DNA from: Sandaracinaceae bacterium
GTDB taxonomy: Bacteria; Myxococcota_A; Polyangia; Polyangiales; Houyiibacteriaceae
DNA: 64,000 bases
Direction of reading: 5' to 3'
Assembly: GCA_016706685.1 (NCBI GenBank)
Contig: JADJJE010000051.1
Coordinates: 49,667-113,666 of the forward strand
The notes under the pieces were generated by a model. It was not told the DNA's origin and made no database searches. It saw nothing but the letters and a program-made list of their open reading frames with translations. Position 1 is the first letter of the stretch, and every line of letters starts with the position of its first letter. Made by a program: the position numbers and the translations under genes. Shown in pieces: positions 1 through 8,958 of the stretch.

Positions 1-1146
1 GAGGCCCGTGCCGCCGAACTCGCGCGTGCTCGAGGAGTCGCCCTGTTGGAATGCGTCGAAGATGTGCGGGAGCGCCGCTGGGTCGATGCCGATGCCCGTG
101 TCCTCCACGGTGACCTGCAGCGCGCCGTGCGCGTCGGCATAGCCCACGCGGACGTCCACGCGGCCATCGCGCGTGAACTTCACCGCGTTGCCCACCAGGT
201 TCATGAGCGTCTGCTGGAAGCGCGTGGTGTCCAGCAGCAGGGCCTCCGGCACGCTGTCGTCGAAGCTCACGCGCAGCGCCACGCCGCGCGCGCTGGCCAT
301 GGCCTCGAACACCCGCAGCGTCTCGTGCACGGCGCGGCGCACCCGCGTGCGGGACGGGCGCAGCTCCATGCGGCCCGCCTCGATCTTGGAGAAGTCGAGG
401 ATGCTGTCCACCAGCCCGCGCAGCACGCGCGCGCTCGACTCCACGATGCCCAGCGTCTCGCGTTGCGTGGTGCTCAGCTCGCTGCGCGCCAGCACCTCCA
501 CCGGCCCGATCAGCCCGTTCAGCGGGGTGCGCAGCTCGTGCGTCATCGTGGCCAGGAACTCGCTCTTGGCGCGCGAGGCGGCCTCGGCCACGTCGCGCGC
601 GCTGCTGAGCTCCACGCTCTGCGCGCGGATGATGGCCTCGCGCTCACGCACCTTGGCGAGCGCGGCGTCGGTGCCGCGGCGCGTGGCGATGGCGGCCCCG
701 AGCGCCATCAGGACGAGCGTCAGTTGCGAGAACAAACGCTCGAACGCGTCGACCTCGAACTCTGGGGTCAGCGGCAGCACGGTCTCGAGCGCATGCGTCC
801 CCAGGATCCCCGTGACGCCGATGGCGGTCCAGCCCAGCGCTACGCGGTGGTCGCCCAGCAGCCCTCCCACGAAGGGCACGAGCGGCAGGTACCAGAGCGG
901 CATGCTCGCGCCCTGCCCGGCAACCTGAGCCGCGGCGATCAGCGCGATGGTCGCCGACCCGAGGCCGATGTGCACCGAGAGCCGCGTGCGCTCGCGCGAG
1001 TGGGCTCCGCGCAGCACCTGCACTGCAGCAAGACACGAGAGCGCGGCGAACGTGTTGATCAGCGCGACCCGCGGACGCCCGAGGATGAAGGAAGAGACCG
1101 CAAAGAAGGCCCACGCGGCGGCGCACAGCCAGGCAATGCGCAGCAT
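1..1146 (-). CDS. sensor histidine kinase (partial; 3' end runs off the window)
   Basis: Absent from the ORF track because there is no stop in the window. Hand translation of the reverse strand gives SEFLATMTHELRTPLNGLIG (H-box), TLMNLVGNAVKFT (N-box), EDTGIGI and FDAFQQGDSSSTREFGGTGL (G2 box) reading down to nt 1. The N-terminal ~130 aa are hydrophobic. ATG at 1146; in-frame alternative GTG at 1227. Confidence 0.85.
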   Translation of the reverse strand, partial: MLRIAWLCAAAWAFFAVSSFILGRPRVALINTFAALSCLAAVQVLRGAHSRERTRLSVHIGLGSATIALIAAAQVAGQGASMPLWYLPLVPFVGGLLGDHRVALGWTAIGVTGILGTHALETVLPLTPEFEVDAFERLFSQLTLVLMALGAAIATRRGTDAALAKVREREAIIRAQSVELSSARDVAEAASRAKSEFLATMTHELRTPLNGLIGPVEVLARSELSTTQRETLGIVESSARVLRGLVDSILDFSKIEAGRMELRPSRTRVRRAVHETLRVFEAMASARGVALRVSFDDSVPEALLLDTTRFQQTLMNLVGNAVKFTRDGRVDVRVGYADAHGALQVTVEDTGIGIDPAALPHIFDAFQQGDSSSTREFGGTGL

Positions 1147-1258
1147 GCGCTCACGAGCCGCCACCGCCTCGACGCTGGTCGCGGCCGTGCTCTGCGTCGC
1201 GGCATCCTGTTCGGGGGCGTGACTCACCCCGCGAGGGTACACGAGCCGCGACCCGAGG

Positions 1259-3028
1259 TTACATGCGCTCGACCACGTCGATGCCCAGCAGCGTGAGGCC
1301 GCGGCCCAGCTGGCGCGAGACCAGCGCGGTGAGGCGCAGGCGGCTCGCGCGCGCGTCGGCGTCGTCGGCGTTCAGCACCGGGCACACCTCGTAGAAGCGG
1401 CTGAAGGCCTTCGACAGCTCGAAGAGGTGCTCGCACAGGTAGTTGGGCTGGCTGGTCTCGGCCGCCTGGTGCACCACGTCGCCGAAGCGCGCGATGAGCC
1501 GCGCGAGGGCCTGCTCCTCTTCGGTGACCAGCGTGACGGCGCCGGCGAGCTGGTCTGGATCGACCTCGCCCTTCCGGAAGATGCTGCGGCAGCGCACGTA
1601 GGCGTTCTGCATGTAGGGCCCGGCGTTCCCCTGGAACGAGATCATCTTGTCCCAGTCGAACACGTAGTCGCTCACCCGGTTCTGGCGCAGGTCGGCGTAC
1701 TTCACGGCGCCGATGCCCAGCTTGGTGGCGGTGTCGTCGAGGTCGGCCGGGTCGATCTTGAGTCGCCCCTCGTCCATGCCCTCTTGGATGCGGGCGCGGG
1801 CGCGCTCCACGGCCTCGCTCAGCAAGCCCTGCAGCGTGACCTCCACGCCGTCGCGCGACCGGATGGGCTTCTGGTCCTCGCCCAGCACCGAGCCGAAGGC
1901 GATGTGCTCCATGCGCGTGGTCACGCCCAGCAGCTGGCTCAGCCCGAAGACCTGCTTGAAGTGCAGCGCCTGCGGCGTGCCCACCACGTCGAGCACGCGG
2001 TCGGCCTTCATGACGTCGCGCCGGTAGAGCACGGCCGCCATGTCCGTGGTGCTGTACAGGAAGGCCCCGTCGCGCTTGCGCACGATGAACGGCTCCTTCT
2101 GTTTCTCGAGCCCCTTGGACGGCGTGGGCAGCTCGTTCCAGAACACGCACAGCGCGCCCTCGTCCTCGCGGGCGAGGCCCTTCTCTTGCAGCAGGTCCAC
2201 CACCCCCTGCAGACGGTCGTGATAGAAGCTCTCGCCCAGCCACTCGTCGAAGGTCACGCCCAGCTGGCCGTACACCACGTCCAGCGTCTTGCGCGTGGCC
2301 GCCACGAAGCGCTTCCAGAGCGCGGTGTTCTCGGGGTCCCCGTTCTGCAGCTTGGCGAGCTCTGCGCGCGCGCTCTCGGCGAAGGCCTCGTCGGTCTTGC
2401 TGCGGGCGCTGGCCAGCGCATACACGCGCCCCAGCTCCACGATGGCGTCCTGGTCGAGCGCGTCCTGGCTGCCCCACTCGCGCATGCCCACTATCAGGAG
2501 CCCGAACTGCGTGCCCCAGTCACCCAGGTGGTTCACGCTGGTCACGCGGTGGCCCACGAAGCGCAGCAGCTTCACCAGCGCGTGGCCGATGATGGTGGAG
2601 CGCAGGTGCCCCACGTGCATCTGCTTCGCGATGTTGGGGCTCGAGTAGTCCACCACCACGTGCTCGGCGGTGTCCACGGTGTCCACGCCGTCGCGCTCGC
2701 GGTCGGCGTACATGGCGTCGAGGGCCCGCCCGAGCCACGCCGCCGAGATGCGCAGGTTGATGAAGCCGGGGCCCGCCACCTCGGCGGCCTCCACGGCCTC
2801 GTGTTCCAGCAGCTTCGCCGCGATGGGCTCCGCCAAGTCGCGCGGCTTCTTGCCCAGCTGCTTGGCCAGCGCCATGGCGCCGTTCACCTGGTAGTCGCCG
2901 AACTTCGCGTCCTGCGTGGGGCGCAGCAGCGCGGCCGGGGCTTCGGGCAGGTCGAGGGCGGACTGCATCGCCTCGCTGGCGATGAGGTTCAGGGTGCGTT
3001 CGAGCAGCATGGGCCGGGAGGGATACAC
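1259..3028 (-). CDS. argS: arginine--tRNA ligase
   Basis: 589-aa ORF of typical ArgRS length. It has the N-terminal additional domain (DAKFGDYQVNGAMALAK), the class-I HIGH-type motif (QMHVGHLRSTIIG) and a C-terminal anticodon-binding region ending in ...LLGIDVVERM. Confidence 0.97.
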   Translation of the reverse strand: MYPSRPMLLERTLNLIASEAMQSALDLPEAPAALLRPTQDAKFGDYQVNGAMALAKQLGKKPRDLAEPIAAKLLEHEAVEAAEVAGPGFINLRISAAWLGRALDAMYADRERDGVDTVDTAEHVVVDYSSPNIAKQMHVGHLRSTIIGHALVKLLRFVGHRVTSVNHLGDWGTQFGLLIVGMREWGSQDALDQDAIVELGRVYALASARSKTDEAFAESARAELAKLQNGDPENTALWKRFVAATRKTLDVVYGQLGVTFDEWLGESFYHDRLQGVVDLLQEKGLAREDEGALCVFWNELPTPSKGLEKQKEPFIVRKRDGAFLYSTTDMAAVLYRRDVMKADRVLDVVGTPQALHFKQVFGLSQLLGVTTRMEHIAFGSVLGEDQKPIRSRDGVEVTLQGLLSEAVERARARIQEGMDEGRLKIDPADLDDTATKLGIGAVKYADLRQNRVSDYVFDWDKMISFQGNAGPYMQNAYVRCRSIFRKGEVDPDQLAGAVTLVTEEEQALARLIARFGDVVHQAAETSQPNYLCEHLFELSKAFSRFYEVCPVLNADDADARASRLRLTALVSRQLGRGLTLLGIDVVERM

Positions 3029-3391
3029 CGGATGGGGCCGCGGCGCATCTGGGGGGTGGCCCGGAAGAAGTCCACCCCCCGGCGCTTCGCGGTGACTTGC
3101 TCAGCGTGGGCGCACTGGCGTCTGGGTTCCCGTCGATGATGACCGTAAAATCGAATGGGATACCAAGGTCGCTCGGTACGCCGGAGTCGTCCAGCGACGG
3201 CGCACAAGGCCGCCGAGCGCGTCGCTCACCGGGCCCATAGTCCCCACGAACCTTCTCCGACGCGTCTACCAAGAGTTTACAGATAGCGAATCTGCGCAAT
3301 ACGCTGTCGGTCAGCGATTGGCCGAGGCCGACGCCGTCGCGCGATTCGTGCCGCCCGACGCGACGACACGAACAGACGACACGATGGAGAC

Positions 3392-4486
3392 ATGACGATG
3401 AATCGATGGACAGTCACGGGTGCGATTCTGGCGGCGATGTTCGCGATCGGCTGCGGGGACAGCATCGAGCCGTTCGTCGGAAGCGCAAATCGAGTGGCTG
3501 TTGGCGCCGGGCCGGTCGTGGTCGTCTCGGGGCACACGTCGCCAAACATACCGGTGGAGATCGGAGCCCTGGGTCCGGGGGACACTCCCGCGGGCGCATG
3601 GACGAGAAGGTCGGATGCCCAAGGCGAGGTCTACCTCAGTGTGCCCGACACGGGTGCGTACGTGGCCTTTGTGGTGACCCCCGGTGGAGACACCACGGGG
3701 ACCCAGCGATTGGAGATTGAGGGCACTCGCGTCTCGCCCGGCCTCGAGGTGGGGATCAATGGCGAGTCTCGGTGCACCGGCGGTCCCAGCTGCATGCTCA
3801 GGTTTCGTGGTGATATCGCCGCCATCTCCGTCGTGACCGCAGACCCCGGGACACTGGTCTCCTCGGGCTCTCTGCCGCCACAGACGTTTGCTGCGGGCGG
3901 CGTCAACGTGCCCGCGGAGGTGCCGAGTATGGGCGCACTCCCCTTGCGCCGCCTCTTCGACAGCCGCGATCGCACGCCGGTGGTGCAGGTCCCGGTCCGC
4001 TTGCAGTTTCCAGACGGTGCCGTCGTCGACTCACGGGTCGACCTCCAAGCGGACGACGCACGCACCTTGCTCGCCAAGCAGCTCGAGGGTGTCACGCGTG
4101 GCGCTGTACCGCTGACGCCCGAGGGCACCGGGGCGGGCGTCGTCGCGATGTACGCTCGCGGAGCGTTCTTTGCGCTCGAGAGCGTTCGTGACGCACCGAC
4201 GGTCGGCGACATCGCACTCGTTGCGATGGTCTCCGAGCGCTGGGTGAGGGCTGGCTCGTGCGGCACCTATGGTAATGGCAGCCAGACGGTGCACGTCGAG
4301 CGGGGTCGCACCGACGCGACGGTCACGTTCTACGATCGCCGCACGGGCGTGGTTCGAAGCACCTCGACGATGCAAGGGCCGAGCATCGCGTGCCCGGCGG
4401 TCCTCAGCCGCGCCGCCACGACGGTCTCGGAGCAGCTCTCGCAGCAGGCCATCCGAACGTGGATCGCCGAGCACATCCCTGAGTGA
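3392..4486 (+). CDS. hypothetical lipoprotein
   Basis: 364-aa ORF with a signal peptide and lipobox (AAMFAIG-C). GGAGA lies upstream of a second ATG at 3398. No domain recognised. Confidence 0.6.
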   Translation: MTMNRWTVTGAILAAMFAIGCGDSIEPFVGSANRVAVGAGPVVVVSGHTSPNIPVEIGALGPGDTPAGAWTRRSDAQGEVYLSVPDTGAYVAFVVTPGGDTTGTQRLEIEGTRVSPGLEVGINGESRCTGGPSCMLRFRGDIAAISVVTADPGTLVSSGSLPPQTFAAGGVNVPAEVPSMGALPLRRLFDSRDRTPVVQVPVRLQFPDGAVVDSRVDLQADDARTLLAKQLEGVTRGAVPLTPEGTGAGVVAMYARGAFFALESVRDAPTVGDIALVAMVSERWVRAGSCGTYGNGSQTVHVERGRTDATVTFYDRRTGVVRSTSTMQGPSIACPAVLSRAATTVSEQLSQQAIRTWIAEHIPE

Positions 4487-4499
4487 GCCAAGGATCGAT

Positions 4500-4885
4500 G
4501 GGCGCTCGCTGAAGCCTACAGTCCGCATGAACCTTCTCTGATGTGTGCCGCGAAGAGAGCGCGTCTTCAGGGTCAGCTCCACACCATCGTGGCGGAGTCT
4601 CAGTCGTGTTTCTTTCAGGGGTGGCCGCAAGATGTAGCGAACAAGGTGCTCCATCTCTTCGCGGGGACCAGCCGCCACGCTCACGTGGGCGTCGAGGTCA
4701 AAGCCGACTTCGTGCGCCATTCTGCGGACGAAGGTGCTTGGGCCGCGAGCGGTGCCGTGGCGCAGGCGCTGGGCGCCCTTGTTGAAGACGCCCTCCGCGC
4801 ACAGCTCGCCCATGTCCAGGGTGAGCTGGTCGAGCCTGGCGCTGGCGGACCGCCGGACTTCCACCGGCGGCCGCCTGTGGTCCAC
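4500..4885 (-). pseudogene. IS91-family (Y2 / rolling-circle) transposase, C-terminal fragment only
   Basis: The minus-strand translation ...VGFDLDAHVSVAAGPREEMEHLVRYILRPPLKETRLRLRHDGVELTLKTRSLRGTH... follows the conserved IS91/ISCR C-terminal pattern (GFSLHAGV...LERLCRYxxRPxxxxxRLxxxxxGxVxxxLKTPxRDGTTH). The N-terminal catalytic part is absent and the tail degenerates. This is a local GC dip. The rest of the 4031-4885 ORF overlaps the 3392-4486 gene and is not credible. Confidence 0.5.
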
Positions 4886-4889
4886 GCTC

Positions 4890-5693
4890 CTAGCGCGCCC
4901 GCGGGTCCAGCCGGTCGCGCAGGGCGTCGCCGCTCAGGTGGAACGCCAGCACCGTGGTGGCGATGCACGCGCCGCTGATGAGGGCCACGTGCGGAAAGCG
5001 CAGCAGCACGCTGCTGCCTTGGTCGAGCAGGGCGCCCCATGAGACGGACACGCCGGGGCCGAGGCCCAGGAAGGACAGCGTGGACTCGGCCAGGATGACG
5101 CCGCCGAGGCCTGCTGTGGCCTGGATGACGATGGGGCCCGCGAGGTTGGGGAGGATGTGGCGCAGCAGCACGCGCAGGTCCGAGGCGCCGAGCGCGCGCG
5201 CGGCTTCCACGTAGGCCAGCTGGCGGATGGAGAGCGTGGCGGCGCGCGCGACGCGGGCGTAGATGACCCAGCCCGACACGCTCAGCGCGAAGATCAGGTG
5301 CAGCAGGCCCGGCTGCACCACCACGGCCAGGATGGCGATGTTGAGGATGATGCCCGGGAACGCCTGGAACACGTCGGTGAGGGCCGAGAGCGCGTGGTCG
5401 GCGGCGCCACCGAAGTAGCCCGCGGCGGCGCCCAGCAGGGTGCCCACCACCACGGACACCAGCACCACGCTGAGCGACACCAGCGCGGCCAAGCGGGCGC
5501 CGTGCAGCAGCGCGCTCAGGAGGTCCACGCCGTTGTCGGCGGTGCCCAGCACGTGCGCGGCGGAGGGCGCTTCAAACTGGTGGTCGAGGTCGATGGCGGC
5601 CGGGTCGTGCGGCGCGAGCCAGGGGCCCACCACGCCCAGCGTGAAGAACAGCAAGGCCAGCACCAGGCCTACACGCGCGAAGAGCTTCTTCAT
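4890..5693 (-). CDS. ABC peptide/nickel-type transporter permease (DppC/OppC family)
   Basis: 267 aa. N-terminal pattern ...GPWLAPHDPAAIDL...HVLGTADNGVDLLSALLHG..., six hydrophobic segments, and the BPD_transp_1 region ...EAARALGASDLRVLLRHILPNLAGP... Confidence 0.9.
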   Translation of the reverse strand: MKKLFARVGLVLALLFFTLGVVGPWLAPHDPAAIDLDHQFEAPSAAHVLGTADNGVDLLSALLHGARLAALVSLSVVLVSVVVGTLLGAAAGYFGGAADHALSALTDVFQAFPGIILNIAILAVVVQPGLLHLIFALSVSGWVIYARVARAATLSIRQLAYVEAARALGASDLRVLLRHILPNLAGPIVIQATAGLGGVILAESTLSFLGLGPGVSVSWGALLDQGSSVLLRFPHVALISGACIATTVLAFHLSGDALRDRLDPRAR

Positions 5694-5706
5694 GCGATCA
5701 CCCCGC

Positions 5707-6636
5707 TCACGCGAGCCTCACGCGCGGGTCGACCACCACGTAGAGCAGGTCGACCGCGATGTTGAGCGCCACGTAGGTGACGGCCACCACCAACACGCAG
5801 CCCTGCACCACCGGCATGTCGCGCGCGAAGAACGCGTCCAGGAAGAGCTGCCCGAGCCCCGCGCGCTCGAAGACCTTCTCGGTGACCACGGCGCCCGACA
5901 GCAGCGCGCCCAGCTGCGCCGCGCCGATGGTGAGCACCGGCAGGAGCGCGTTGCGCAGCACGTGCTTGATGGCCACCACCGGCTCGCTCAGGCCGCGGGC
6001 GCGCGCCGCCAGCACGTATTGCTCGTCATAGACCTCCAGCATGGAGGCGCGCGTCTGGCGCGTGAGGATGGCCGCGAGCGCGGTGCCCAGCGTGACGGCG
6101 GGCAGCAAGAGGCCCACCACGCCGCTCGCGTCGTCACCTGGCAGCGGCAGCCAGCGTAGCTCGACCGCGAACGCCAGGATGAGCAGCGGGCCCAGCCAGA
6201 TGTTGGGGATGGCCAGCCCCAGCACGGCCACCGTGGAAGCGAGCGCGTCCACGCCGGTCCCGCGCCGCGCCGCCGCCAGCACGCCGAGCGGCAGCGCGAT
6301 GCCGAACGCCAACGCCAGCGCCGCGAGCGACAGGGCCACCGTGGCCGGAAGCACCTCGGCGATGAGCGACCCCACCGTGCGCGCGGGGCTGCGGAACGAG
6401 TGCCCGAGCGAGCCGTCCAGCACGTCGCCCACGAAGTGCCCGTACTGAACCGGCAGCGACGCGTCGAGGTGCAGCGTCTGCCGCAGCGCCGCGCGCTCCT
6501 CGGGGCTGGCCTGGTCCCCCAGGATGGCGTCCACCGGGTCGCCGGGCACCAGCCGCACCAGCAGGAAGACGAGCGTCACCACGCCCACGACCGTCGCCGC
6601 CGCGCGCAGGGACCTCTGTGCCAGATAGCGCCACAC
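5707..6636 (-). CDS. ABC peptide/nickel-type transporter permease (DppB/OppB family)
   Basis: 309 aa. Starts MWRYLAQRSLRAAATVVGVVTLVFLLVRLVPGDPVDAILG (typical DppB N-terminus). Contains ...YVLAARARGLSEPVVAIKHVLRNALLPVLT... Lies 13 nt upstream of the DppC-like gene. Confidence 0.9.
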   Translation of the reverse strand: MWRYLAQRSLRAAATVVGVVTLVFLLVRLVPGDPVDAILGDQASPEERAALRQTLHLDASLPVQYGHFVGDVLDGSLGHSFRSPARTVGSLIAEVLPATVALSLAALALAFGIALPLGVLAAARRGTGVDALASTVAVLGLAIPNIWLGPLLILAFAVELRWLPLPGDDASGVVGLLLPAVTLGTALAAILTRQTRASMLEVYDEQYVLAARARGLSEPVVAIKHVLRNALLPVLTIGAAQLGALLSGAVVTEKVFERAGLGQLFLDAFFARDMPVVQGCVLVVAVTYVALNIAVDLLYVVVDPRVRLA

Positions 6637-6750
6637 GCGCGCACGCTACGCGGCACGGGCGGATGTGTCGATCCCCCGGTGGCACACCGCAAGTGTCGAT
6701 GCACGCGCACGCGACGCAACTCGCGCGGGGTCGGGCCGAGAAGCCGGGCC

Positions 6751-7236
6751 ATGAGCAAGCATCACCCGAGGTTCCAGATCCCGAGCATCCACCGACTACC
6801 CACGCGCCACGCGTCTCTCGAAGAGCTGCGTCGGCGCGCGGCGCCCTTACGCACGGCCATCGCGCACGAACGGGACCTGGCGCGCGTGGTGCACCGCTTC
6901 TTCGACGCCTTCTCAGAAGAAGAGCGCCTCTTCGAGACCTCCGTGCGCAGTGACGAGCCGAGGCTGCACGCCGTCCTCGGGAGTGTCCGCGCGCGCTTCC
7001 CGGGCGAGGCGTTCGAGACGAACCTCTTCTTCTCGGAGGCGCTGGGGCTCTACCACGGCGGCCTCTGCTCGGCGCGGCGCGTGGGCTGCGTGTTCCAGTT
7101 CGCAGAGGACAATCAGGGGGTGATCGCCCTCTCACCGATCTTCCCTGGCCCCAACTCGGACTTCTTCCGCTACACGATGGTGCTCGCCGAGCGCCCGCTC
7201 GCCACCACGGTGCGCTGCCGCGGCGGGAGCGCGTGA
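6751..7236 (+). CDS. hypothetical protein
   Basis: Internal ATG of the 6400-7236 ORF, placed after the divergent dppB start. 161 aa, no recognisable domain. The upstream part of the ORF is antisense to dppB. Confidence 0.4.
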   Translation: MSKHHPRFQIPSIHRLPTRHASLEELRRRAAPLRTAIAHERDLARVVHRFFDAFSEEERLFETSVRSDEPRLHAVLGSVRARFPGEAFETNLFFSEALGLYHGGLCSARRVGCVFQFAEDNQGVIALSPIFPGPNSDFFRYTMVLAERPLATTVRCRGGSA

Positions 7237-7289
7237 TGCGCCGGAGGCACACGAGCACATGCGCGCCGGGGATGTGATACGCCTATGGG

Positions 7290-7922
7290 GTGCCGGACAG
7301 GGACACGGAAATCGATGGGGAGTCTGAATCGGGTCCCACGGGCGCGGCGACCCGACTCAAAGCGGCCGGCAGCTCTGTGCTGGTCGCGGCTGGATGCCTG
7401 CTCGCGTTGTCGGGGTGTCGGCTGCGCTACGAGGTGGTGGCTCCACCCCATCCCCCGGTCTTTCGATGGGTCTTCGAGAGCGACGAGGCCGAAGTCATCG
7501 CCTGCCTAGACCGCGTCCACCGGGTAGGGCCATGGAATGAAGTGATCGCTCGCACGTCGCCGCTGCCTGGTCAGGGAGTGCCTCAGGGCGACTACCTCTT
7601 CGAAGCCCAGTGGAGGTATCACTCGCCGATCTATAGGTCCGGAAGTTGCCCCTTGAAGCTCTACGGAAAGTGGATCGTCCACGCCGAGCGGGTCGATGGC
7701 GGAGTGGAAGTCGGAGTCTGGCCGTTCGGCGAAACGTCCCTCCACAACTATCGCTGCGGACGATTCCGCGCCCACCCGTGGGGCTGCGCCACGCCCGTGG
7801 ACTCGACGAACCTGGAGGCCCACATGCTGCTCGCCTCCGTGGGTGACTGTCTCGGCGAGACCGTGCCGCCGCCCCCGATTCCAGACACCACGGGTCTCGA
7901 CCCCCAGACGTGCCGTGAGTGA
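7290..7922 (+). CDS. hypothetical lipoprotein (paralog 1 of a tandem pair)
   Basis: 210 aa with lipobox LLALSG-C. The C-terminal half aligns with the next gene (..CP.KL...W.V......G..V.V.P....H.LL..G.CLGE.VPPP..PDT....C.E). Confidence 0.6.
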   Translation: MPDRDTEIDGESESGPTGAATRLKAAGSSVLVAAGCLLALSGCRLRYEVVAPPHPPVFRWVFESDEAEVIACLDRVHRVGPWNEVIARTSPLPGQGVPQGDYLFEAQWRYHSPIYRSGSCPLKLYGKWIVHAERVDGGVEVGVWPFGETSLHNYRCGRFRAHPWGCATPVDSTNLEAHMLLASVGDCLGETVPPPPIPDTTGLDPQTCRE

Positions 7923-8511
7923 CCGTGAACCCAACAGCGGAGACACTCCGAGCCGCCGTGCCGTGGCCTTCCACGTCGGGTGGATCGTGAGCACCGGTCT
8001 GCTGCTGGTCTCGACGGCGTGCGTGCCGGTCGAGTCACGAGTGGCGCCGCCAGCATCCATCTCGACTTGGACGTTTGATGCACCGTTCGCCGAGGTCTTT
8101 GCCTGCGTTGGTGCGGGGCGCTTTCTTGCGCTGCCCTGGAACGGCCGCATTCGCGTCGCGGAGATGCCACGGTCCATGGGTCAGACCGCGCACTTCGAGC
8201 TGGAGACGTCTCGCTACTGGACCCCCTTCTACTACCGGAACGTGTGTCCGAAGCTCCTCTTCGCCACCTGGACCGTGGACATGGAGCAGACCCCCGCAGG
8301 GACTCGGGTCTCCGTGCTCCCCGTCCGCTACGAGGTTCAGGGGCCGCCCACGCGTCCCCGTCATCAGTGGGGCGCGGCCATCGCGGTCCACCCGAACTTC
8401 TTCGAGTCACACCTGGTGCTCCTCGGGATTGGCGAGTGCCTTGGCGAAGAGAGCGTGCCTCCGGTGGACATGCCCGACACTCACGCCGCGCCAGCGTCGT
8501 GCTTCGAGTAG
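7915..8511 (+). CDS. hypothetical lipoprotein (paralog 2 of a tandem pair)
   Basis: An in-frame GTG at 7915 overlaps the upstream stop by 8 nt. Signal and lipobox ...WIVSTGLLLVSTA-C. Shares the conserved Cys positions and the C-terminal ...GECLGEESVPPVDMPDT...C.E with 7290-7922. The 5' part of ORF 7696-8511 is a frame artefact. Confidence 0.6.
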   Translation: MSDREPNSGDTPSRRAVAFHVGWIVSTGLLLVSTACVPVESRVAPPASISTWTFDAPFAEVFACVGAGRFLALPWNGRIRVAEMPRSMGQTAHFELETSRYWTPFYYRNVCPKLLFATWTVDMEQTPAGTRVSVLPVRYEVQGPPTRPRHQWGAAIAVHPNFFESHLVLLGIGECLGEESVPPVDMPDTHAAPASCFE

Positions 8512-8552
8512 GCTCGACGTAGCCCGGGTACGTACGACAAGCTGAACGACCC

Positions 8553-8921
8553 ATGACCACAGAGTTGAGAATCTTGAATGTGTCATCACCGGATGTTGAA
8601 TGCGGTATCCGTCACATTGAGCATGCCCCTGAAGTGTGTTTCCTGCTCGACCTGGCGATTGGGATGAGGGGCGACGAGCGATCGGATCTGTTTGGCGTGG
8701 TCGTTTGCACGCCGCTGGGAGTCAGGCTGCTCCCATCCTCGGAGAACGGGACCGTTTCTCTGCGTGGTCTGTTCGTCTTCGCGAATTTCAGTTGGAACCT
8801 CCTGTGGAAGACGCTCGATGGGGTGCTCTTGGAATGTAGCGCTGAAAATTGGGTGACATCTGTCGAGCTGCTTCAGCGGTACTTTCGATGGGAGTATGAG
8901 GCGATGGCTCAGCAGCGTTGA
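8553..8921 (+). CDS. Imm8-like immunity protein (polymorphic-toxin immunity family)
   Basis: 122 aa in a clear low-GC pocket. It follows the Imm8 pattern as I remember it: L..L.V.SPD...(P)E.CFLLDLAIG.RGDE.SDLF.VVVCTP...LRGLFVF..F.W..L...L...L..C...NW...V..L.RYFRWEYE. Confidence 0.6.
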   Translation: MTTELRILNVSSPDVECGIRHIEHAPEVCFLLDLAIGMRGDERSDLFGVVVCTPLGVRLLPSSENGTVSLRGLFVFANFSWNLLWKTLDGVLLECSAENWVTSVELLQRYFRWEYEAMAQQR

Positions 8922-8958
8922 CGCGCCACCGCGCCGTGCCTGATCCTGCCAGGCACAC

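Noticed and set aside
46-1296. 416-aa plus-strand ORF and other listed ORFs covering the first 1.2 kb.
   Set aside because: The reverse strand, in a frame absent from the track, encodes an unmistakable histidine kinase (H, N and G boxes). The listed ORFs are composition artefacts.
2520-3299. Minus-strand ORF starting at 3299 in the lower-GC argS upstream region (MRRFAICKLLVDASEKVRGDYGP...).
   Set aside because: It runs more than 500 nt into argS in another frame, with Arg/Pro/Gly-rich nonsense. Only the first ~60 codons are outside argS and they match nothing I recognise.
6751-8511. Looked for a toxin partner for the Imm8-like gene among the three upstream small genes.
   Set aside because: None shows nuclease, deaminase, peptidase or Rhs/LXG/PT-type delivery motifs that I can recognise. 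Two of them are lipoproteins that are paralogous to each other.
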